DNA of 64,000 nucleotides, taken from assembly GCA_030704615.1 (NCBI GenBank), contig CM060733.1, positions 50,406,001 to 50,470,000 on the forward strand, in the 5' to 3' direction. The translations under genes and the position numbers were made by a program. Origin of the DNA: Takakia lepidozioides (taxonomy: Eukaryota > Plantae > Bryophyta). Each line of letters opens with the position of its first letter. Positions within the stretch are counted from its first letter, which is position 1. Of the stretch, positions 1-11,928 are shown piece after piece. The notes beneath the pieces were generated by a model. That model saw nothing but the letters and a program-made list of their open reading frames with translations. It did no database searches and was not told the DNA's origin.

Positions 1-480
1 TTTAACGATAAAATATAGTTATTGCCGGAAACTCTTTCATTAGTCTGGGTACTAAATTGTCAACCAAACAGCCTTATTTAATTCAACTCACAATGGCTCA
101 AACAACTGGAAAACCCCCAAAATTATTATTTTCTTCCACCAGAGACTGTACCTAGATACCCACCATTGAGGGCCCTACACTGGGCCACAAAAGGTATTGT
201 CCCAAAATCCAGGATCTTAGTGACCAGGCAACCACTATGATTTATAAAAAAAATTAATATATAAACATATTTATCATAATATCATGAGATTCTGACAGGC
301 CCAGATCGGCAATTTTGTTTTCCAAAAATAAATTTGCACAGGGGTGAGCTCGGTGCATGGTATAATCCGCCTTAGGCAGCCTGCTCCCTTCCGTTAAGAG
401 CACGTACCATATATGGTCGGCGTATGTATAAGGGGAGGGCAGCTGATGAGGACCTTCCACAGGTTAAGAACGGTGAGTGC

Positions 481-600
481 GGACAACCAAGTTTTTTAGC
501 CTAGTGGTAATAGGCACATAGTGTCCACCTTCCTGCTCCAAGGCAGTAGCCCTTGTGGGTGAAGAGACACCATAACTTACGCTTCCTTGGGGATGCGTCA
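481..600 (+). mobile_element. tRNA-derived SINE copy, internally deleted
   Basis: Matches the family at 3903-4094, 38977-39090 and 55821-55990 (GGACAACCA..TAGCCTAGTGGTAAT..GGCAGTAGCCCTTGTGG.TGAAGAGACACCATAA); lacks the B-box segment. Confidence 0.65.
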
Positions 601-794
601 TATATTATTATTGGTGAGGCGGTAACCCGGGGTCACGCGCTCGAAAGCGGCGGAAGGCAGAGTCAGCTGCCCTTCATCAGAGTAAAATCGAACCTGTCCC
701 TTCATGGCCCCTCCAAAAACGTCATCTTGTAAGGCCATATGTGTCTTACACCTATGTCATCTTCCGAATTCTGAAAGGCCATAGGTATCTTACA

Positions 795-982
795 CCTGGC
801 GTAAAGGATTTTGGGGGCAGATTCTGCCATTTTTGAGGAAAATTAGCAAGCAGAAAATCGACGCTCCAGGGCGCTGGCGCTTTCTGCATTCCTAATCGGC
901 TGTTTGACTTTAATTGGCTCACTATGGCCTGCAGCCAATCAGGGCCTCGCAGAATCTGCTCCCAAAAGTCCTTTACGCCAGG
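795..982. repeat. Small foldback/MITE-like element with ~33-bp terminal inverted repeats
   Basis: CCTGGCGTAAAGGATTTTGGGGGCAGATTCTGC at 795 pairs with GCAGAATCTGCTCCCAAAAGTCCTTTACGCCAGG ending at 982; no TSD resolved. Confidence 0.6.
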
Positions 983-1526
983 GAACGTGCCCCCTAGGGC
1001 GCATTACCGGCCTCGCCCTAGTGACTCACTAGGAGCCATAATGCGCCCTAGGGGTCGCGTTCTCTAGTACATAAGGTATGTCCTCCTGTCAGGGTGAACC
1101 GATGTTAACAATGGGAATTTCTAGGCGGTTTTGTTTGCATGCAGAACGGGCAGGCAGAATCGGCCAAGCCTGCGGATTATGCAGGGCTAACTTACCTGCC
1201 CTGCCTCTTGGGTTCACAAGGAGCCTCTAAAATGGCAGAATCAGAGAGGGCTCTCACGTTTCGTCCGCTTGCTCCCGCTCCTAGCTAGCACTGTCTACGC
1301 CTTATGGTTGACCTAGGAGGTTTTAATTGTCTTGCTCCTAATAATTCCAAGTAAAGTTAAACGGGGAAATGTTTTTTTAGCAAACTATATGTCCTGTGGA
1401 GAGAGACGTGCTATCTTGTCTGTGCGTACTCTTCGCCGACCCCACAAATCTTCGCCAGGGGACCCTTTCCATCATCCCAACACATGTGACTTCGCTCTCT
1501 GGAAATTTTTATTCTAAAAAATACTA

Positions 1527-2282
1527 CCGTCCCTGGACAACCGTTTAGGCGATAATTAATTCAAAATGAAAGTGCCTAACCAATTCTGTGAATTTTTTAG
1601 ATTTTGGCCTAATTGTTCGGAAACTATGGGACCAAAATGCCTAATAATGCCCAAATATTCCAGCAAAAAACTTGCAAGGCTCTTCTCATGTTGTTGTAAT
1701 AAGATCAAAATTTCATTGAACAAAAATCAATACAGATATATGCGTGCGGAAATAACTTCTCAATCTATTTGCGAGAGTTCCATGTAACTTCGAAAGGCCC
1801 TTGCATGGACTCTACAATGTCATGATATTAAGGTTTCAAAGGAAATGAAAGGTAAGTAGCTGGAGCCTAGAAGGGCCCGTGGCCATTGGGGGGTCTATTT
1901 CTTAATTTTATTCTCAAGAAAATAAATCTTTTCTCTTCTCATGTGCTTAATTCTAAAAAATTATAGCATGAAGATGCCTAATGTGAGAAATGGTTTTCAA
2001 AACGTGCCTAATTTGCTGATTGATTGAATTTATTATTATGTGGGCAGCAAGCCGGTAGACCACTCGATCTTCTTACGGAATATCCGGGAAGTATCCTCGG
2101 TGACGAACATCGGTTATCATGCATGGCTCCCATGCGATACGCCTTATGGCAGCCTCAAGGGTTTAATTTTTTTCCCTTCAATAATTCAGCAATAAAGTTC
2201 CCAACCAGGGCCAAGTCCCTTGTTCAAAAAAAATAAAAATAAAAAATGGCGAAAAAATGCCTAAATGGTTATCCAGGGACGG
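1527..2282. mobile_element. Non-autonomous Tc1/mariner-like TIR element (MITE)
   Basis: 24-bp TIRs CCGTCCCTGGACAACCGTTTAGGC / GCCTAAATGGTTATCCAGGGACGG (2 mismatches), flanked by TA on both sides (1525-1526, 2283-2284). Confidence 0.75.
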
Positions 2283-2316
2283 TACTAGCACATAATTTTT
2301 CTCAAACTCTAGTTAA

Positions 2317-3284
2317 CCCCTAATGGACGAGGCTGTTTTTGGTGGGCCCACTCCAAAACAGCACATACCCTCACGGATGAGGGTATATCTCCCAGCTAAC
2401 AAACATCCATAGGGATGAACCGTATGAAAGGAAGGCTACCTCATGCACCCGCTGTAAAAATTCCAGCCCATTTCACCGTGTCATTAAAAAGATTATAACA
2501 AAATGGTAAGCCCTAAATCTGCACTATTTTCCAATTTTGAGGGAAAAAAAGTTTGACCAGGCAATTTTTCCGAGAAAATATTTTTTCCTTGCAAGACCCC
2601 ACCCACATTCCAATTCAGAGGCACCTAAAGCATGTTGCCCCAAATTTGCGAAGCAGAATTCCTAAATCTGCATAGGGTTGTTTTGTATGGGAAAACAGGG
2701 GGGTCAAAAAACACCATTTAGCTCAACTGACCTGTAATTCAGCCATAGGAGTTCAAATTGGCGTTGTAACCACAATTGCAACGGTGGCATTGTTCCTTGA
2801 TTGATTTCCTACTACCTCCAAAAAGAATTTCTGAATTCTAACCAAAATGCAGGCAGAGATTTCCTTAAATCCCAGCTCACGCCAAGTATTGCCTGAGCCG
2901 GTGATAATCCCGGTCAAAAAGAGGGGCCACATCATCAAAACTGATGAAGTCAGGGGGCTGTTTTTTTTGTGGGCTCGTTTTTAGTGGGGCCGTTGCTACC
3001 CATCGCCCGCAAATGCCGAGACCCAGTCCCCTATGCCTGACACGTGGTAAAGCCCTCTCTGCTCGAGGGCCCCAAACCACATGATTTTGGGTACCCCATG
3101 CACTCCAAAAAATCCTGACGGCTGTCCTTTAGGATTTTTAGGGTGCCATCAACGCAAGGGGGGACAGAATTAAATTTTCTACATTTTTCATTCAGGGCTC
3201 GATTTCATCCAAGTTCATCCCGATAGTTTTCATCCATTCGAAATTTTCAATCGACCCGATTCAGGTCGACTCGTCCATTAGGGG
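2317..3284. mobile_element. Non-autonomous piggyBac-like element
   Basis: Perfect 15-bp TIRs CCCCTAATGGACGAG / CTCGTCCATTAGGGG flanked by TTAA (2313-2316, 3285-3288); no transposase ORF inside. Confidence 0.75.
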
Positions 3285-3902
3285 TTAATTGAAAGGGAAA
3301 AGGAAATATAAGATTCTAAAAACTAACTTTTCGTTTCATTCCGCCATAGCACAAATAATGATCAGTAAAAAGGCATCTCGAAGTGCGTGTAGTGTCGTCC
3401 TCATTACATATCCCATTCCCAGAGCCCGAGGCCCAGATGTGTGGAAAAGCGGTCAAAGCTCCATTTATAGCCGGGCCGCAGCGCGCCACCGGTGACGTGG
3501 CCGGAGATTCCCCGACAGCTAGGCTCATGGCACGCCAGATTCTTTCATTTCATTTAATATTGTATTCCAAAGAATCCTTTTGGCCTCCTTTTGAGGTCCG
3601 AGGGTTAAAAGGGAAAACAAAGACGGGAAAATGGGAAAACAAGTTCTGGACAGGAAAACACTTTATGGGACAGAACAGTCGCCCAATTTATATGCCCCCA
3701 AGTTTGCGTGGGCCCTGTCCTTTAGAGGATGGTCCAGGAATTAAAAATGTACCAATAGTCAATGCTCAGTTGGATAGTGCATTGAGTGCCACCCAGATGC
3801 TTCTGGGGTCAAATCCTGATATCTTGACGTGTGGTATTTTAAGAAAAAATTTGACGCCGCATGAAGGAAGCATAAATTATGGTGTCAAATCCTGCTATCT
3901 GG

Positions 3903-4094
3903 TATTTTTTATTTATTTACTTGACGCCTCCCCAAGGAAGCGTAAATTATGGTGTCTCTTCACCCCCCAAGGGTTACTGCCTTCTGCTTGGAAGGTGGAC
4001 ACCTTTGTGACACCAAGGGTGGATTGAACATTGAACCCACAACCACCTCCGAGGTGGTATGTGCCCATTACCACTTGGCTACAACTTGGTTCTC
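3903..4094 (-). mobile_element. tRNA-derived SINE, near full length
   Basis: Minus strand reads an A-box-like TAGCCAAGTGGTAA, a B-box-like GGTTCAA, the conserved body and an A-rich tail (GTAAATAAATAAAAAA). Confidence 0.7.
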
Positions 4095-4688
4095 AAGTGT
4101 GGTATGTTGAAGTGTTGGTCTGATATCTGGTTTCGGTATCAACCCCGGGCTCTCCTAACCTACTCTCCTAGCCTAACCTACTGTTCTCTGTTCCCGTAAA
4201 CATTTGTACTACCCTACCATAAGGTTCTTGAGCTCCACGGTGGTCCCCCAAACCCTAACTGGCGGCAATTAGGGTTCTCCTTTCCCGGCCCTACCAGAGC
4301 TGGACTCCTTGCTGCAGGTCTATTCGGTAAGATGCACATATAGACATTATGGATGCAGGTTTCATGTGTTTATGAGTGCCTCTTTATGATCTTCATTTGC
4401 GAGTCATTGTCATTGTGGATGCAATTGATTCAGTGTATAATTGTATGGGGTTGGTATCCTATGAGATGAGCACGTTTCTTGTGGTTTTCTTGAATATTCA
4501 AATGGCTATTTGAATAGTTCATATGGCCATTTTAATATTGAATTTGAATTTGAATTCTAGTACCATTTTATTATTTAATACCATATCCGAGTTCATATTT
4601 CTAGGTTATTGACATTCAGATACCATATCTGGGATTGATTTTTTTTCAAAAACCAGTCTATGCATACCAGATTCATACTTTAAAAATC

Positions 4689-4790
4689 TCTCATGATTTT
4701 TGGACCTGCGGGGTGGGAGATGTCGGATTTCAAGTACTTTTGGTTGCCGGAAATTCGTGAAAAATAGCAAAGCGGGCTTTCCTGGAGCTC
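4689..4790 (+). repeat. Dispersed repeat family R2, partial copy
   Basis: TCTCATGATTTTTGGACCTGCGG..GGGAGATG..TTCAAGTACTTTTGGT..GGAAATTCGTGAAAAATAGCAAAG recurs near 27.5, 28.0, 41.1, 52.5, 53.8 and 54.1 kb. Confidence 0.75.
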
Positions 4791-7096
4791 ATGGCAAGGT
4801 TACGGTAAAAGAGGTTAGTTTCTCCTCTCACTATTAAGGGGCCTGATTTGTGAGCTTCCCAAATGTTTCCCTTTATAAGTAATAAAAAATTAAAAAAAGG
4901 CATGATATACAGTAAGCTACACAAGGATTTGAAGAAATAACCAATGTAGAGCGGGGAGCGGGTATGCGATTTACCTGGATATAATCGCCGTGTATATTTG
5001 GGTAAGGTTATCCATGTATATCCGGACCTGCAGTTTTTGTTTACCTTTTTACCGGTACCCTTATCAAGGGTATATTTTATGTTTCCCCTGGACCAGGCCA
5101 AAAGGTAAACCATCGGCATTTACCTGACTCTGTGGGGCAATGTTTTTCCTGCCAGGTAATGGAATCCAGGAAATAGGCTCGCTGACCTATGTTCTTGTGC
5201 CCCCTTTGCCGTCATTCCATTGCTCATTAAATTGTATCTCAAGGACAGATCACAAATCCCAAAGCATTACATAGCATTATGGAGCTACTAGTGCGGTTTT
5301 CTAGGCTGCCTTGCACATGTACCTATATTCTTGGATTAAAACTTAGTTTTTTAACATTTATTTATTATGCTCAAGTTATATTTTAAGATATATTCAGTTA
5401 TAATTTCTTCTGTGTCAAATCTGATTGGTTTCAATTGGTTATGTTTCCAATTCATCTGAAATCCCTAGGGAATAATTTACCCTATCTTTATCCTACCTAA
5501 ACCTATATTTATCCGGCTGGTACACCAAAATACCCAGACCAGTTAAACAACATTATCCTCAAGTAATATTTTGAGGGTACCCCATTATACTCTACACAGG
5601 TCTAGAACAATAGACACAGGCATGAACCATCCTCCATTTAATAGATGTTGCTTTCCTACCGTCTTTTCTTGAACCCCCTACACAAGGGTTATTTCTTCAA
5701 ATCCCTTTATGCCTTACTATATATCCCCTCTTTCTAATTCCTGGACCATCCCTTAATGGACAGAGCCCTTGCAAACTCCGTGTGTACTACAAAATGTGTA
5801 TTACGGAACCGATCATTACATTCCATTTGAAAAATAGTAATACCCCGACCCGACCCCCACGGGTGAATCTTTTCTCAAAATTCAGGGTACCCTTATCTTG
5901 AGGGTAAATTATCTGAAAAAGGTGTAACAGTTAGTTGACATTTTTTTGACACTCATGGGTAGTCTCATCTTTAGGGAGGAGCCAATAAAAAATCAAGAGT
6001 GGAAATAACCCGGGTCCAAAAAAAAAACGGTAAAAAGGCGAGAGCATGGAGGATGTTTCAAGCGCCAAATTGGGGTAAGTAGAATAGAGGTGTCCAATGG
6101 TGTTTTCTAGGGGTGACATGTGTTGGGCAACCTCCTAGAAAGGTCCCTAGCCGCTTCATGGGGTTGGGGTTGCCGCGGTATATAAAGGAGAGGAGCGCCC
6201 TCCTCCCCTGCCTCTTACTAGTTACTAAGTTACTAGTTACTTTGGCGGGGCCCAAAAAAAAAGACCGAAACATGAACCACAGCTATATTAATTAACAATA
6301 AGCCCCAAAAGTCATAAATAGGTAGATCTAGTAATTAAATATTCGAAGGTGCATTAAGTAAATGCAAAGTGGATTGGTGTGAGGAGGTGGCAGGCCCGGG
6401 GCCACCTTTGACTTGGACTACATGGAGAGCACGTATATATATATAATTACACCGAGGTCGCCGTGTGCTCCAGTCCAAAGGGAGGACCAAGGACGGCCTT
6501 TCCGTCCGTCACGACTCGCAAGTCGTTACACGCTGATTGGTGGAAATCCTTGAACCCGCAGTATGTTTTTGAAAGTTTCGTTGAGAGATACCACGTGGAC
6601 TTCCTCCGCTGGTCCAACTTTGAATTTCTTACACTAACAGTGAAGAAAACGCAAAATCCAGTGGACAGTGACCAGCTACGTCGTTGGATGAACAAACGGG
6701 ACACATGGATGTGACTCGTGACCTCATGTTGGACGAATGAAACGTGGAGTGAGAGCCGCAGTATTGTAAACAAGCAAGTAAACCGGCACCGGGTAACTAC
6801 CGTCGCCGTATTCAATTTTTGTACTGCGTACGGGGTAAACGGTCAGTGTATAGGTTGCAGATCCGCCACGCGGCGTATGTTAATACGCCGCATTTTCATC
6901 TTGGAGGGTGAATACCGAAGGAGCCAATATGCGGCGGGGTGCAGGCGAGGGGGGTTCATAAGCGGGGCTCCACTGATGAGAGCAGGATCGGGAGCGAAGG
7001 CGATCGCTTTGTCCGCTTGCTCGTCTGCGCAGCTCTTACTCCGTCTCTCTCAATTGCTGTCACGATCGAGGAGGGAAGGGGACTGAGCCCGCCGCC

Positions 7097-10000
7097 ATGT
7101 CGTCGCTGCACGAGTTGCTCAATCTGACTCTTGAGGAGAAGGAGATCATAGCGGAGTACATCTGGTTCGCCTCGGATCTCTCTTTCTCCCCCCCCCCCCG
7201 GTCCCTTGTGCTGTTCTGTCTGTTTGCGCTTTCCTTCTTCTTGCATGGCTATTGTTGGTGAGGATCGGTGAGTCGGTTCTGCGCCTCTGTTGCTGAGCAT
7301 CTATGACACAAGTTGACTTTTGGTTTCAGTTTCTCTCTCGCTTTCGATTCACCAAAGTTTTTTCTCAGATATTAGTTAGGACGTGGTGCAATTCAAATCG
7401 TGATGCGAGTCCGAGTGGACGTTCAAGTCATACCATCGACTAAAGGTGTCAGTTTTAGGCCATGAGTAGTTGAAGAGTAACAGGAGTTTCCTTTTGAGAG
7501 AGTGAGTAGAATTTTTCTTTTTATGCGGTTTTGGGATGGCCTCTTAAACAGGATTGGGGGAACGGGCATAGATCTTCGCAGCAAAGCAAGGGTAAGTGGC
7601 CTGGCATTATCTTGTCCTCTTTCGAAAGTTCCGACGGTTTATTATGAAATTGACATTAGGAACACTCGAGGTGAGACAACTAGGAAACATCGTTTGGTGG
7701 AGCACGCATCTTTACAGCTTTTCAGGAGTGTAGGTTACTTGACGGTGCCACACGGAATTCTCCCTTTGGATTTTAGGAAAGAGTCTATTTGGAAGTACTC
7801 GCTCAGTTACCTCCATCAGAATTGCATGTCTCTTTTTATTGCCGAGCTGAACCGTTTTGTATTCTGTGTGCAGACTCTCCCTGGGCCTGTCCATGATCCC
7901 AAAAAGTTGCCAAAATGGAACTACGACGGTTCCAGCACCGGACAGGCTCCTGGACGGGACAGTGAAGTGATTTTGTAGTAAGCCCCTATCATGCAACCTC
8001 TTATCATCTCTGCAAAGGAAGAAATACTTGGAATCTTGCTTTTTCCGTTCCCCCTCGTTTCCTCACTGCCCTTCCTTCTCATATCTCCATCGTTTATGAA
8101 GTGCATGGCCACGTCTATTGTTTCTGAAAAGCACAAGCGAGTAAGAAAGACACGGACAATCCTGAGTTTATATTCGATGTAATGTGCAGTCCGCAGGCCA
8201 TTTACAAGGACCCTTTCCGCAGGGGGAACAACATTCTGGTGTGTTATTTCTCCATTCTCTCGTTCAATTTCACCCTACCTATGAAACTGCCGGACACGGT
8301 ATCATCCTTGTTCATACCGGCTCCCTGTGAACCTGCAATCTTTGAAAGTTCTCAGTGGAAAGTTTCAGTGTTCTGAAGAGGAATTGTGAACGTGAGGAGT
8401 AGGTGGGATATATAGCCCCTGCAGTCAAGAGGAACGGCCACTTTGGTGTATTCCTGAGCTAAATTTCCCTCCATTGGGCCTTATTTCCGTTGTTGATGCA
8501 GGTCATATGCGACGCCTATACCCCCCAGGGTGTGGCAATTCCTACCAACAAGCGTGCAGAAGCAGCGAAAATTTTTAGCAAGAAGGAAGTAGTGGAGGAG
8601 GAACCCTGGTATGATTTTCCCTTTCTAAAGGGGGTGGATTGACAATTGATCTGAAGGTCTAGGTGAAGCCAAGCATGACATATATGACAGCCAGTCTAGC
8701 AGGCTTCATGAGAAGTGTCTTAAAAATTGACATTGTTGGTGAAGGCTTCCTGATAGCAGCAGGGATTATTGTGGAGAACGATGTTATTTCCCCTCAGCCC
8801 ATTCCATTCTGGCATGTGGCGTAGGAATAAGCTTAAGAAGTTTGAGAAATCCTGTTAGGAAATACATGAAGTGAAGGGTTTTGTATTGAGTGTATTATTC
8901 AACTGAGCTCCGAAGGATATGAAGGCCAAGTTGGATCAGGAACGAAGAAGTAAAACCATTATTTTGGACCTTGCTGCTTTATACTTCATTATTGACTTTG
9001 AAGATGGATGCTACAACTATTCATTGCTATTCAGGTATGGACTTGAGCAGGAGTACACATTGCTCCAGAAGGATGTGAAGTGGCCGCTGGGTTGGCCCGT
9101 AGGTGGTTACCCTGGACCTCAGGTAAAAAATTATGGTTTTTTTGTGTTCATTTGTTTTCATGCTTATGTACTGACTATGACTACCTGGACTTTGTTCACA
9201 TGGTTTGGTTACCACACGTGGAAGGCTTTTTGAAGTTACATCCTGTTTCAGAAGAGGATCAATGTATTGCATTTGTCTATTCCTCTAAGGTTAATGAGAA
9301 TTTACTTGATCTATATGGTGTTGGCCTCTAGGTTGGCATTATTCCTGTAAGGCACTGTATTCAGCCTAGACGAAAGCAGTGGGGATGTTGGCTTTCCCGG
9401 GTAACCTTGGCTCTGATATGCTGACGTCAGTCATAGAACAGAACATTTGCAACACGCTCTAACATGCATTCTTTTCCCTATGATCAGGGGCCCTACTACT
9501 GTGGAACTGGAGCTGACAAAGCTTGGGGTCGTGATATTGTGAATGCTCACTACAAAGCGTGCCTCTATGCGGGGATTAAGATAAGTGGCATCAATGGAGA
9601 AGTTATGCCTGGCCAGGTACCCACCTTCTTTGATAGGATGTAGACACATAAGACGGTATTGTGTTTGAGGTTTGCTTCAGCGTCACATGTCCTCAACTTT
9701 CTCAAGATGGATGCTGTTAAATCTAGTCAATTGTGCCCGTTGGAGAATGTGTCATTCAATCTTCATGGATAAAAGAAGCGCTAGTGGTCCTTACATACTA
9801 TTAATCCCACTGTCTTTTGATTTTGTCATGGAGATGGCTTGGTTTCCTTCTTTCAATTCTTTTCCGATCCCCATGGTAGCACTCTAACCTGTGGTCATCA
9901 TTGGATCTACTTTCTCATTGCAAACAGTGGGAATTTCAAGTGGGACCTTCTGTTGGTATTGACGCTGCAGACCAACTATGGGCAGCCCGCTACATTTTAG

Positions 10001-11928
10001 AGGTACATTCTTGCAATCCAAAAGTCCCAAGATGTAGGAGCTAGTCAGTGTTATGTGGCGGAGAAAGATGATTGGCAGACAAGCTGGAGAAAGGGGTAAC
10101 CTTCTAGTATTTGTTGGACTCTTGTGCAGATCTTTTACGATACCTTGTTGTAAGGTCCTGTTTGCATTTGGTAACTGTTCTTATGGTGATGGGAATGTTG
10201 TTTCATGCAGAGAATAACTGAAATTGCTGGGGTTGTGCTTTCATTTGACCCCAAGCCTATTGAGGTAAGTATCAATCCTATGACATATTTTTGCTACCAC
10301 AATTCTGGTAAAAGCTGGAGCATCTTACGTGATAGGTGCACTGTTTTCTGGGTCTGAAAATAGCAGTTCTAAGCTTGGAGAGTATTTGGAACTTCACAGT
10401 GACGCCTTACTAGTGCAAGCCCTTTTAGTCACTGTTTGCATGTCGGTTTTACTTTCTGCAGATATGTACATATGCTTTTTGGGATCTAATTTTATTTTTG
10501 TCTGGACATGGGTTAACATCTCTGTTACATGTAACAGGGAGATTGGAATGGTGCTGGGTGCCACACAAATTATAGGTGAAACCTATGGTTCCCAATGTCC
10601 AACCTGTGTCATCTTGCCCTTCACTATGAGAACATCTGCATCTGTCCATTGTTTCATGCATCTTGAGCGCTGATTGGTAATCTGTCTTTTTCTAACAGGA
10701 AATAAAGCATGCTTGACTTGGCTTTTTATACAACGTGAACTCACTGAAGTTTCCGAAATCTTAGTCTAATAGTGAAAACTTGTCCTACTTGTTCAGCACA
10801 AAGTCAATGCGTGAGGAGGGAGGATACAAGGTCATTGTGAAGGCCATTGAAAAGCTTGGATTGAGGCACGATGAGCACATTGCCTGTTATGGAGAGGGCA
10901 ACGAAAGACGGTTGACTGGGCGCCATGAGACAGCGGACATGAAGAAGTTCAATTGGGTACCTCTCAACAGTCCCTACTCTTAACGGTCCTCATTTGTCCA
11001 TTATATCTCTCTCCCCAAGTTATGGGACAGGGATAGACTTCTCCCCTCTCTCCTGAGTGTGGCTCTCTTCCTCCAAACAAAATATCTGGTTAAATCCGAA
11101 GCCAACATGATAGGCAAGTGTTGTAATAGTAAAGAGAAACATTCAACAAACAATCATGTCTTTCAAGGCAATCTTGCAAATGTTGTAAGCATAAGGTGGG
11201 GATTTCCTGTGAACAGCACTAAATTCGGGCATGACTGTTCGCAACAATTTGACAGTTGGGCATCATCTCTCATCCTTTGTGAACATATCTCCTGCAATAG
11301 ATTGACTTCACACAAAGTGCACGAGTTCATTTCGTAGTAAACTGGTTACAGTTCATGGGCTATGAGCAGCCCTTCCGTGTAAGCAGCTGTTCCTTCAGGT
11401 TTCCAGTGCTCTGTGGCTATACCATGTTTGCAGCAATGCCTGCGATGCTATCATGTTGAAGTTTTGAAATTATTCCATTTTAGCTTTGGTACTATCTTCT
11501 AAGCTCCATGGAATTTCTCGCAGAATGTTGCAGATCGTAGTGCATCAATTCGTGTTGGTCGCGACACAGAGAGGGATGGCAAAGGTGAGACCGTTGATAT
11601 TTTCCCAGCTTTATCTACTTTGGTGGTGAATGTGCTCAAGTTTAAGCAGAACTTCAAGCATTTTATCCAACACTGCACACAAGAAAGATGGTAATGAGTT
11701 ACTCGGGAGAAATTGGGTCAGTTGGTTAGGGTATCAACGGGGAGGATATAGTGCTTCCCAAGGAGAAGGCTGACAAGGGTCAGGTTTGTTTTCATGGCAG
11801 GCTACTTCGAAGATCGCCGCCCATCATCAAACATGGACCCGTACATTGTTACAAGCATGATTGCTTCCACAACCTTGCTTTGGACGCCGCCAGAAGGTCA
11901 AGATCTTAACCAATTCGTAGGAGGATAG
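7097..11928 (+). CDS. GLN1: Cytosolic glutamine synthetase (GS1), 13 exons, ~366 aa
   Basis: Exons 7097-7164, 7552-7591, 7874-7977, 8190-8238, 8502-8608, 9035-9122, 9488-9616, 9928-10002, 10211-10264, 10538-10575, 10797-10956, 11524-11584, 11801-11928 (1101 nt, all GT-AG). Motifs [70 protein letters not shown]. No transit peptide. Confidence 0.97.

Noticed and set aside
3383-4027. 214-aa ORF and other 60-160-aa ORFs in repeat-rich or antisense positions
   Set aside because: They run across unrelated repeats or mirror real exons and show no recognisable motifs.
6976-7086. uORF upstream of GS1
   Set aside because: The transcription start is unknown and may lie downstream of this ATG; no conservation evidence.
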